Positions 41,092 to 52,145 of a DNA stretch of 64,000 bases are shown piece by piece (position 1 is the stretch's first letter; each line of letters begins with the position of its first letter). The notes beneath the pieces were generated by a model that was not told where the DNA came from, ran no database searches, and saw only the letters and a list, made by a program, of their open reading frames with translations. Both the position numbers and the translations under genes were made by a program. The stretch spans positions 8,020,059 to 8,084,058 of the forward strand of contig CM082581.2 of the NCBI GenBank assembly GCA_040954595.2. The letters are read 5' to 3'. Source of the stretch: Balanoglossus misakiensis. Lineage: Eukaryota; Animalia; Hemichordata.

Positions 41092-44000
41092 AGTCCCACC
41101 AATAGAACAGTTAACCAATGATAGCCGTGAGAAGATATTTATCTCAAACAACAGTGTTGGCAAATGAGGATGATGTAGCCTGAGGCAAAAGATCCATCAC
41201 TTTGATAAGACGTTACATTTTAATTGCTATTTGCCGCTCAAATAATTATCTCGTGGAAGATCATTGTGCTTCATTGCCCGTGTTCATAATATTTACACAC
41301 GCCACATACAGCAATCTTTAGGCCTAGATCTGCGGGAATAGTCGAGAATATACATGTATATTCGTTTTCATTAAAATTTTATGGTTTCTGCAGAATTTCA
41401 CCCATAGCTGTGACATTTAGAAAGCGAACATTTATTTATGTGTAGGTAGCCACAAGCAAAGCGATGATGATGATGTCATTGCGCATTCCCCCACTGCAGC
41501 ATGGGTAGGAGCAACAATCGGATCCAAAACTCTAATCCGTTATTTTTAATTCAGATATGGCTAGCTCGACAATGCGCTTGTGCCCAGCTTCTGCAGAATT
41601 TTCCTATTTATTAAAAATTGCAAGGGCGGAATTTCCGAGCTGCGTTTGAGGTATTTAAGGCCATTCTTCGTGGCGCAATCTCTATTTTAATAAAATTAGC
41701 CACGCCTGACACGAAAGGGGAACTGCGGCGCGACGCGCTCGCCAACTTTTCAGGCTATGTGCATGCCACGCAGTGTAAGCTGGAATTTCTGCCGATGCAT
41801 TCGGAACATCCGCGTAGAGTGCTGATGAAATCTTCTCGGCATTCGATCGGCGCGAATGCAATCCGTCAGACTCGCAAGGAACATTATTCAATCAAAATAT
41901 TTTAACTGGTTTGTAATTCAAGTATATCGCCCGGTGCACTGTTGTCGCTGTTCAAGAGTGATCTGTGCGTTATCCGGAAAGAGCGATTGGTGATTTTGCT
42001 GTGAAAAACAGGAATATTTGTCTATCTATCTGTCTGCCCGTCCCACCGTCCGTCCGTCTGGCTGTCTGTCTGTCCCTAGACCGATATTGAAATTAATAAC
42101 ATAACCTGCTAAATTCGCCACAATGCCATTATGATTGACAGATTTCCCCCCCAAAAAACTCTGGAATTCAACAAGAAATTGCAAGGTGCGATGTACGAGG
42201 TTGGCGACGTTGAGAATGTATTCCAGACGACACACACAGCAACAAAATTCGTGATATTGGAACGAGCAAAACGAAAACCAGTGCGACTCATATTGAAATA
42301 TTTCAGTCTGGCTTCGTACACTTTCAAACGTGTGCTGTCATATTTAAGTGCCCCTTTATTTTATATGACGGTAAATATGTTATTTTTCTTATGTTTTTGT
42401 GCCCCTATATGACTTAAAGTGATAAAATTGTTTGCCTTTGGTCGCTATGATGTCACACATTTTCAATTTGTTTATCACTCTCTTTGAAAACGTAAGTGTT
42501 CTGACAGTCAAGGTGTTTGGTAAAGCGATTCCGGAATAACAACGTTTTTAAGATAAAAGGAATTTGATTGTCGCAAGCTCGAAGGTTACCCGGACATGAT
42601 TGCCAAGGTTGCACTACATGACGTATTCAGCCAACTGTACCGACTTCAGTGTGTGTGAGCAGCGATAAGACTCGAGTGTCATAACTGCATTTCATCGGCA
42701 AAGTCCTCGGTGAACGCTTCAGCGCCCGCCCGCACACGCGACATGCGATCCTTCCAAGGGGACGCACCCCCTCCACTTCTCTCGCAACGTTCCTCCCAGG
42801 CGGGCGGCATCGTTTAAGTCTTCCGGCGGGTCCACTTCCGCTGTCTGGTACGGCGCGCTGCTAAGTGACGCGGTACTCATCCGAACGATGCATACAGAAA
42901 AGGAGAGATAGTTGTTAGATTTGCGTGCGAAAGTGGTTTGGGATTTTCTGAGAGTTATTTTCTCCCAGAAAGGTTCTTTTCGACGGCCATAGTGTCGCGG
43001 TGTAATACGGCGCTGTTTCTCAAAATGACATATTTTGTTTTTCGCCATCGGTTTCCTAAGGACAAAGCGAATTTCGTCTACGGCGACTTTGCATAAAGGA
43101 TCTCAGTTTTTAAACATTTTGACGTGACTTGTGAAAAATAAATGCAAAAAGCAAAACAAATGAACAGTGTTAAACTGACGTCACAGCTAACCAACGCGTC
43201 AACAAACAAATTTTAACTAAAATAAATTTAGGGATAGTGCTGTATAACTGGATAGCTCCCATCGGCTTTGATAACAGATATAGCGGTGGTTTGATATTGG
43301 CCGAAAAAAGCTGACACGACGCTCGGTGAATAATCAATTAAACTCGAAGTTTCATGATAGGGAAGTCTGTTGGTATTTACGATCAAAGGTCACATTGGGG
43401 ACACAGTCCGGTCATTGGATGCCCTTTTTCCAGTCGAAAATGATCTTACAACCCCAAAAAATTAATACAAGTGATTGTGTCGGTCTTAGTCGATCGTATA
43501 ATGTCGTTCATCTGTTGTGTCAGAGTTCGGAATCACACAGAAAAGATCCACCATGATGGGATCTGTTTTTCGCATTCACAGACTCAGGAATTCAATTTTG
43601 CACGTTTCTACGCCAGACACACGGACGCCATGGGATGTCTTAACGCGGGGTGTGGCCCGGAGACGATAACTGCCCCGGAGACAACTGCGAAGACCATTAA
43701 GACCATCCATTCCACTTTGTTTTACGTCCCCTTCGCATCACTTCCTTCCCCCGTCGCCAAGGAAACGGCGGCCGCGGACACGGCCGGTCCACGCGATCGT
43801 GACCGACGGCCTGTTGATGGGGCCTGGCAAGAATCTTCGATGATGGTGGCATGGGAAAGCGATATCCGCGAGAGAGCCGAGAATTTGTTGTTACTGGGCT
43901 CGATTTCGGCCGGGAACATTAATGACCCGATCGCTCCTAGTATTAACATTATGCCGGGTAGCATGTGTCAACAAATAGCCGATTCCCCAGCACACACAAT

Positions 44001-45351
44001 AAGATAATTGAGCGTCTTCTAATTCTATTAACACCCTTGCTCTGTTTGTGTGTGTTGAAGTCTCAGTACTGTCCCTGTAAACGCTATGAAAATAACCAGA
44101 CGGACTGAAGTAGGGGTAAAAGGCGGCCAAGTATGTATATATTGGGTGCTAATACAGCGTATTAAGTATCTGTTAAGATGCAAACACTTGAAATAACAGC
44201 TCGGCTAATGCATATCTCTGACCGCTTATAAACACCGTAGGGCTGAAGAATTCCACCAAAGGCATCGGGAGATTCGAATGATATGTCTACAGTCTCTTCT
44301 GCTGTGTGTTCCTGCGGTCGGATTGGAGGGATTCTCGCGATTTCTCTCTCACGGTGATCTTGACCTTTCAGAAAGAAAAAGCGAGTAGATCACATTCCGA
44401 CAAGTATATGCATAATGAAACGGGGATTCCTTTTCTTCTCAGTCTTCGTGCCCGTTTTTTTCTGTTAATATAATAATAGGTATCTGTTTGAAAGGGGCAA
44501 ATTTGTCGTCATGGTTACGTCACTAAGACACTTGGGTTATCGATCGATCATCACATTCTATTAAAGGAGAAAAATAAATCGGGAGTGTTTACGTTGGGAG
44601 AGGGGTGCTTGGTTTCAATTTGTAAGTGGCGATGCAGTGCATGCTGCTGATTGATTTCGGAAAAATCACGCCGACAAATTCGACTTCAACCCGAACCACC
44701 AAAGAGCTACAAACCGGTTATAATTTCTATCGAAAACTACAATTTTGCGCGCTTCTGAAAATATACCACAATCGAAAACAATTGCGTCTGTGCGACACGG
44801 TCTTCCGACCAACTGTTGTCGATAGTGGTACATGATTTTGTCTAATTTCGGTGTAGCTGCAGTACAGTAGCTCGGGGTTTTGACCGGTATGGTGGTGGTA
44901 GTGGTGGTGTTGGTGGTGGTGGTTGACGGCAATACCCGGAGTTTGCCGTCCACCCCGAACACCAGACAAATCCTCGTGCTACGGTATTGCAGCTAGCGTC
45001 CCTTGTAGTAGCTCCTCGGCGAAAGCTGGGGGCCATCACAAGAACTGTTAGCGTTGAGTAATAGCTCAACTTGACGTCCGCGCACTGCAGCTGGGATGAC
45101 TAATTTGTCAAACTAAACAAACACCTATGAAGTGAAAGGGCGGAGAAGTTTGCTTTGCGTTCATTACCCCCTCCCCCCTTTCCCACACCCAACCTTTATT
45201 CTGCGGTGAATAATTACTATTTTTTTACTTCCGAAATAAATTTCATGACGTCAACTGCAGGCACCAATTAAGACAAATGCGAGCAACACCAAAGTGTATA
45301 CATGTATCATAACATTGAACTCTCTCCTGCAGGCAGCAAACTAAGCATAAC

Positions 45352-46213
45352 CTAAAACGAAGGAAACCGAAGGAAACCGAAGGACACTGATTTTTCCATA
45401 TTTTAGTGCGAAGGACACGGTTTTCTGTATGCTAGAGGCCGAAGGACTGGTTTAGCTTCGAATTAAACGCCGAAGGACGGGTGTAGCTCCGTAATTTTGG
45501 CCGAAGGAAAGCGAAGGACACTGATTTATCCGTATTTTAGTGCGAAGGACGTGGTTTTCTCTATGCTGGGGGCCGAAGGACTGGTTTAGTTCGGTAATTA
45601 AAGCTTAAGGACGGGTGTAGCTCCGTAATTTTGGCCGAAGGAAACCGAAGGACACTGATTTTTCCATATTTTAGTGCGAAGGACACGGTTTTCTGTATGC
45701 TAGAGGCCGAAGGACTGGTTTAGCTTCGAATTAAACGCCGAAGGACGGGTGTAGCTCCGTAATTTTGGCCGAAGGAAACCGAAGGACACTGATTTTTCCA
45801 TATTTTAGTGCGAAGGACACGGTTTTCTGTATGCTAGAGGCCGAAGGACTGGTTTAGCTTCGAATTAAACGCCGAAGGACGGGTGTAGCTCCGTAATTTT
45901 GGCCGAAGGAAACCGAAGGACACTGATTTTTCCATATTTTAGTGCGAAGGACACGGTTTTCTGTATGCTAGAGGCCGAAGGACTGGTTTAGCTTCGAATT
46001 AAACGCCGAAGGACGGGTGTAGCTCCGTAATTTTGGCCGAAGGACACTGATTTTTCCATATTTTAGTGCGAAGGACACGGTTTTCTGTATGCTGGAGGCC
46101 AAGGGATTGGTTTAGCTTCGAATTAAACGCCGAAGGACGGATGTAGCTCCGTAATTTAGGCCGAAGGAAAGCGAAGGACGCTCATATCTCCATATTTTAG
46201 GGCGAAGGGAAGC
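45352..46213 (+). repeat. Left arm: about 6.5 copies of a 134-bp unit (4 x 31 bp + 10 bp)
   Basis: Unit starts at 45383, 45517, 45651, 45785, 45919, 46043 (preceding unit 124 bp, missing the 10-mer) and 46177. Confidence 0.95.
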
Positions 46214-47007
46214 CAGTAAGGTGCGGAATTGCGTTTTATCGTTTTTAGAAAGTTTAGCTACAAGTGTAGAAAGCTAAATTAGCTGTAGCTAAATAGTTCT
46301 AAACTATCTAAGTTTTAAGGATAATTATCACTACGATAATTATCGCTTTCTAAATATCGTTCTAAATTTATAAATTAGCCACAGTTTAGAAAGCCCCCCC
46401 CCCCCCGACTAAAATTTTCTGCCGACGATATAAGTGCTGTATTTCCATTCCAATATTTGCGGAATTTTCATGTATGATTTCAATTGGTGCATTTCAATTT
46501 CAATATTTGCGGACGGGAGAATGTTGGGAATCGTTTATTGCCCAAATCAAGCCTTATCTCAAAACTCCTCTCAGTTTATTGAGATATGGGCTTTGTTTGT
46601 ATGACACCATTGTTCTGTGCAACGACTGAAGTCTCAGGTTAATCAATGTCTTAACACCATTGTTCTACCATTATGAGGTGTTGTAAAATGTCAGAGTTAG
46701 AACTTCGACTATATATACTGTTAAAATAAAACAAAGATCACATTTGACTTCCCACCGAAGTACTGGCCATCCCGTCTCTCTCTTCATTCCAAGCCTACTT
46801 CCAAAGTGTACGCCGTACATTTGTAAACGCCCAAGTAGTCCAACTTTCTAAACTGCTGCTAGTTTAGAAAGTTTAGAACGATATTTAGAAAGTGATAATT
46901 ATCTTGAAAAAAGCCGTGTTTATCATTATTAGCTAAATTAGCTTCCTTAGACAATACATGTAGTTTAGAAATGCCCCTTCAATAAGACACAATTCCGCAC
47001 CTAACTC
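46214..47007. mobile_element. MITE (794 bp) inserted in the left foldback arm
   Basis: TIRs CAGTAAGGTGCGGAATTGCGTTTTATCG and (reverse complement) GAGTTAGGTGCGGAATTGTGTCTTATTG; 8-bp target duplication AGGGAAGC (46206-46213) / AGGAAAGC (47008-47015); inner inverted match about 46335-46370 vs 46868-46903. Confidence 0.8.
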
Positions 47008-47059
47008 AGGAAAGCGAAGGACAGTGATTCTCCATATTTTAGGGAGAAGGACATTAGTA

Positions 47060-47300
47060 TCCATCTCTCTGTATCTCGGAACTAGGATATCAATAGTGTG
47101 ATCTTGTGTTGAGATCGTTTTTTGTCAGTTGTTTTTCATTTCCAGTTCATGGAACGTAATGTCGGCTATTCCCGGTGAAGCATTTGAGCCCACGGTACAA
47201 CTGCATGTTTGCTTGTAGAATTTGTTGTTTAATTCAAAAGTATTGTTACGTAGAATTAGTGATAGCATTTCTATGAGGTATGTTTGTTTAGATTTGTTTC
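47060..47300 (-). pseudogene. Decayed reverse-transcriptase fragment of a Penelope-like retroelement
   Basis: LIEMLSLILRNNTFELNNKFYKQTCSCTVGSNASPGIADITFHELE resembles the PLE RT block (NNxFxFNxxxYxQxxGxxMGSxxSPxxAxIxMxxLE); about 20 codons later AGA TAC AGA GA- GAT GGA reads as RYRDDG with a 1-nt deletion. Confidence 0.75.
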
Positions 47301-47401
47301 GTGTAAACATGACACTCTACTTAAGATCTCGACATTGATATCAGTAACTCTGGTCAGACGTGTACTAGCTGACGCCAAGTCTCTGATAATCGTGAGAGAA
47401 T

Positions 47402-48519
47402 CGTGTCCTTCGCCCTAAAATATGGAAATATGACTGTCCTTCCTTTTCCTTCGCCCTAAAAAATGGAAATATGACTGTCCTTCGCTTTCCTTCGCCCTAA
47501 ATTACTGAGCTACACTTGTCCTTCGGCCTCTAGCATACAGAAAACCTCGTCCTTCGGCCGAAAATAGGGATAAATCAGCGTCCTTCGGTTTCCTTCGCCC
47601 TAAATTACTGAGCTACACCTGTCCTTCGGCCACCAGCATACAGAAAACCATGTCCTTCGCACTAAAATAGGGATAAATCAGCGTCCTTCGGTTTCCTTCG
47701 CCCTAAATTACTGAGCTACACCTGTCCTTCGGCCACCAGCATACAGAAAACCATGTCCTTCGCACTAAAATACGGATAAATCAGCGTCCTTCGGTTTCCT
47801 TCGGCAAAAATTACGGAGCTACACCCGTCCTTTGGCTTTAATTACTGAGCTAAACCTGTCCTTCAGCCTCTAGCATACAGAAAACCGTGTCCTTCGCACT
47901 AAAATATGGAAAAATCAGTGTCCTTCGGTTTCCTTCGGCCAAAATTACGGAGCTGAACCCGTCCTGCGGCTTTAATTACCGAACTAAACCGGTCCTTCGG
48001 CCACCAGCATAATTAATTACCGAACTAAACCTATCCTTCGGCCACCAGCATAGAGAAAACCTTTTCCTTCGCACTTAAATATGGATAAATCAGCGTCCTT
48101 CGCTTTCCTTCGGCGTTTAATTCGAAGCTAAACCAGTCCTTCAGCCTCTAGCATACAGAAAACCGTGTCCTTCGCACTAAAATATGGAAAAATCAGTGTC
48201 CTTCGGTTTCCTTCGGCCAAAATTACGGAGCTGAACCCGTCCTGCGGCTTTAATTACCGAACTAAACCGGTCCTTCGGCCACCAGCATAATTAATTACCG
48301 AACTAAACCTATCCTTCGGCCACCAGCATAGAGAAAACCTTTTCCTTCGCACTTAAATATGGATAAATCAGCGTCCTTCGCTTTCCTTCGGCGTTTAATT
48401 CGAAGCTAAACCAGTCCTTCGGCCACCAGCATAGAGAAAACCTTTTCCTTCGCACTAAAATATGGAAAAAACAGTGTCCTTCAGTTTCCTTCGGTTTCCT
48501 TCGGTTTCCTTCGTTTTAG
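47402..48519 (-). repeat. Right arm: inverted array of the same 31/10-bp modules (103-bp and about 278-bp higher-order units)
   Basis: TCCTTC motif recurs mostly at 31- or 10-bp spacing; 103-bp repeat at 47581/47684; about 278-bp repeat at 47861/48139. Confidence 0.93.
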
Positions 48520-50099
48520 TCTCACCCATTAAACTACCTTGATATCATTGATGGTGTCTTCTCGTACAGAACGTTAACGGTGGCATAGAGCATAATTGTT
48601 CATGTACGAGGCATGACAAACAATTTCACAGTTCCTGAGACACGGAAGAGACCGTCCACATTTTACAAACTGTCGCGGTCTTCCCTTGTGTTATCGCCAG
48701 CGTCTTCATGCATTATACACTTTAGCGAGAAGTGTCGCCGTGACAAAAAGATCTTTGACTTCCACCCATGAAACCGGCCAATATAATGCACACTGAGAGT
48801 GGGGTGGTGAGGATATCGCTCTCAAGTGCGGCGTTCTGTTCATGATAGCGTCCTGACCGTTGCGACCCGGGCTGACATATGTGAGAACCCCCTAACGCGA
48901 CAATCAGTACCCGATACTCGCCGCTGTCCCGGCCACTTAGCGAGGCGCTTGCCGGCAAAGAGGGTAAACTATTTCAACAAACACGATGTAAGTGGGGAGT
49001 GTCTGTCCGTGATAAATCACACACGCTCCTCACATAGCTGGAGTGTCGTCAGTCTACGCAATAATCATCGTCTCCGGAATGCTGCAGGGTTGGTGGCGGG
49101 GGGGGGGGGAGGGGGGGCGTGAGCTCTGTATTGCCAATTTCAAAAAACTTTTTCAAAGTTGACAACGCTGGTATATTTTAATTTGAAAACTGTTTTTCCC
49201 CTCGAACCAGGACTGGGAATTTTAGACTTCAAGAAGTTGTTAGTGTTAGTATATTCGATGCCACAAAGTGGTGCCGGATCCTTACAGCGAAATGCCAGCG
49301 TACTGTTGCTCTGCTGTTTCATTTAGTGTCACTGACGTCATCGACGATGCCGTTGACGTAATAAACCAGCTCATAAGCTCTGTTAGTCTTTCCGCAATGA
49401 TGATGTGCCTGTACCTGTATACCATGCAGAGGAGTGTAGCCATCTCCGTACAGTGGTCCACATAGCAAGCAATAATCGGCAATCGACACTGTGTCAAACC
49501 ACGGTCACTCAAAACCACGGTGCTCAAAACCTACGGACCTGACCAGACGCGCTATCGACGCATGCGCAAGGCGTGACAGTCATACCTCGCCCTCCGCGCC
49601 GCGTCACGCTCTCGCTGGATTCAATGCAACTATCTATTGTGTCGTCTTTTTGACAAGTTGAAAATGCGAAGAAAGATAATTTCCATTGATATGTCAGTTG
49701 ACTTTTTTGAACTACTCCGCTCCAAAATGACATCCCGCCTAGCAGCAAATTAATCTCTCTCAAGGAGAAATTAATTTGAGTATTTTCCTGATGGGGTGAG
49801 ACTTTAATATTCGTTTAAGATTAACTTATGACACAAATAATCTTTTAATAAAAATGCTGTCGACTGCTTACTTCCAAAACGGAGATGAGTGCAAATGTCA
49901 ACCGCTACTCTGATGTCGTGCAAGCGAATATAATATGATGAAATGGAAAGATCAATATTACAGGACTTTGATTTCTGTTACATTGATTTTATTGAAATTT
50001 TGGATTTAACCCTATGTTAGAACATGTGTTCTTAGTGATCTCCCCACCACGTATTTACTGTCTCGAGTAAGTGTTTTCGCATATTTCATGTACATTTAT

Positions 50100-50220
50100 G
50101 TATGCATGTGCATATACATGTACATGTATGTCTGCATGAATGTATGCATGCCTATTTGTTTACCTATCTATCCATCTATCCATCTTTTCATCTATCCATC
50201 CATCCATCTATGTATCTAGG
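50100..50220. repeat. Degenerate (TATG)/(CATC)/(CTAT) low-complexity tract
   Basis: Mixed tetranucleotide units. Confidence 0.6.
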
Positions 50221-52049
50221 CAGCTGCTGTGCGTGCGTACAACTGTTTGTCTCCCAAAATTTTACATGTGTTAATATGTGTCTATGTTTATGATCTGGAG
50301 CACGGTATTCTCGTTAAATGACATCGTCAAACGTTTCTTTGCCAGCGAATCATGCCCCATCCCATCTCTAACAAGCTGTTTTTCTCTTAAAACACGACAC
50401 GGAGTGTATAAATGTATACCGCATGTGCACGGAGTGCCCGAGCGAAAAACACTGCGTGGTCCATTATTTTGCTTCGATCCGCCTGGCTTCGATTAATTTC
50501 AAAGAAAACCCATCATCTCATGAACTGTCAATAGGTTACTTCGAGGGGAAAACCTTTATCGTGGTGTGGTCGCTTTCATCGGAAGATTAAAAAAATCACT
50601 GTCACGATTTCCACGCAGAAAATTAGTCTTAGTTTCTCGAACTTCGGAGACAAGTGCTAAAAGACACAACCCAGGCAGCGGTGTCTTCTACCGGCGATGA
50701 TTCGAACACCCACGGTTAGCAAACACCGCCCATCAAAGCGTTTGTCGAAACTCGTTTATTCTCACGCGCACGCCGATGTCTTCCCGGCGGACCGGTAACA
50801 ATAACGCGGCAATTATAACGCACTTGTTGTCAACATTTGAAACGAGAATATTCCAAGCGCTCGGGGCTTTTTGTTCATTTAAGACGGCGCAAGAAAGGGC
50901 AGGGAACCCGACACTATTAGTGAAAAGCGATAGGCTTCACTTTTCGTCAGGTTCGATCAGGATTATTGCAGCCTCACGCTGTGTCTTTCAATATTCTTTG
51001 AATGTGGTCGATTTCGCCCATTGAGGTGGGTGTCAAGTCCACTTATGGTAATTGACAGGTAGATGGCGAGCCCTTTCAAAAGAAAGACAAAATATTCCAC
51101 GAGATACAGTCCTTGCAATTAAAAGGATTTTTGCCAACGAAACGAGGCACAATTTTCTCCCCTTCCCGCCCACCGATGAATGGCTATTTGGTTTTATCGC
51201 CCAGAAGAGGGGCCACTCGAAGCGCTTTTGTCGCAGTTGTATTTTCACTCCATGCATTCACTGTTTAGAATTGCTAAGACCTCTCGAAAGATTCGAGTGG
51301 CTCCCGTCTCTTCAGGACTTATTCACGGGACAGAATAAGGTTTGCAAAAGAAAGTATCTTTTTCCACGGCGCTTTTATGTGTTTTCATAATTGGACGGGA
51401 AGACGCCGTTTACCTACATGGATGAGAAGCACTGCATGCAGGGAGAAGTGAAAACTAACTGAAGGTCTCGCAAAATGACGTGGAATTTCTGAGACGGGTA
51501 ATCACGTTTCCAGTAAAGTTACCACGCACAAAACACCATTGCGTGGGACCCGTCTTGTCCGTCTCGGCGGTATGCACGATGAAAAAAAGACAACCGCCCC
51601 CTTTTTTCACTCCGCATATTATAACAGATTACCCAGCTCTGAAATGTCGGAATTCGTTAGGGGGACTAATTGAGCACCCTCGTGATTGTGCTGAAGCAGA
51701 GGAGAAAAGTTGAAGTTAAAAAACATTTCGGCGGCTTTCAAAGAAACAAAACACGACATCTTCACGGTTTGTTGGAAGCCTTGCAAAGTTTTAGCCAGCC
51801 CCAGTAAGTTCTGGACAAGCGCGTCAATCAGACTATTGTTCTCCGGGTCGGTGTGTGTTTTTGTCGCAGTGTCCATTCACCGTACGCTTGATGAACTGAT
51901 CGGCTTGGGATGTACAAATACCCAATTACTCTACGCTGACTACTTTGCCTCAATGGGCTTTTTTTTCTCTCTCGCCGGTTTCTCTTTCCGTAGGTAGATC
52001 AACATCAGAACAGGGAGGTAAACTTCCGAAACAGCTAACAGAAAACAAA

Positions 52050-52145
52050 GGCATCGTGGCCTAGTGGTAAAGGGAGGGTTGTGGGTCCGAAACCCGGACC
52101 CGGACATGGCCGTAGATTTTCTATCTTGAGGAAAACACTTTACTT
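52050..52145 (+). mobile_element. Degenerate tRNA-derived SINE head
   Basis: A-box-like TGGCCTAGTGG (52057), B-box-like GGTCCGAAACCC (52084), then ATCTTGAGGAAAACACTTTAC resembling the CCTTGAGCAAGRCACTT segment of many invertebrate tRNA-SINEs; no cloverleaf. Confidence 0.5.

Larger units (their letters stand above)
45352..48519. mobile_element. Foldback-type non-autonomous DNA transposon with long modular inverted arms
   Basis: Left end CTAAAACGAAGGAAACCGAAGG is the reverse complement of the right end CCTTCGGTTTCCTTCGTTTTAG; both arms are arrays of the same GAAGGA modules in opposite orientation. Confidence 0.85.

Noticed and set aside
43471-44007. 178-aa ORF; similarly 5156-5611, 19978-20538, 36257-36736, 53013-53474 and 54274-54732
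   Set aside because: No recognisable domain, codon bias or consistent splice structure; compatible with chance ORFs
44929-45110. HDV-like ribozyme (TCCTCG loop, GACAAA/TTTGTC pairing, CTAA junction)
   Set aside because: P3 and P1.1 cannot be formed in the required order
45352-46213. Regularly spaced repeats resembling a CRISPR array
   Set aside because: The 'spacers' themselves repeat every 134 bp, the context is eukaryotic, there are no cas genes, and an inverted partner arm explains the array
50640-50720. Possible minus-strand SINE remnant (GTTCGAATC)
   Set aside because: No A box and too degenerate to support
52050-52130. tRNA gene
   Set aside because: A/B boxes are present but there is no anticodon arm or acceptor stem; better read as a SINE remnant
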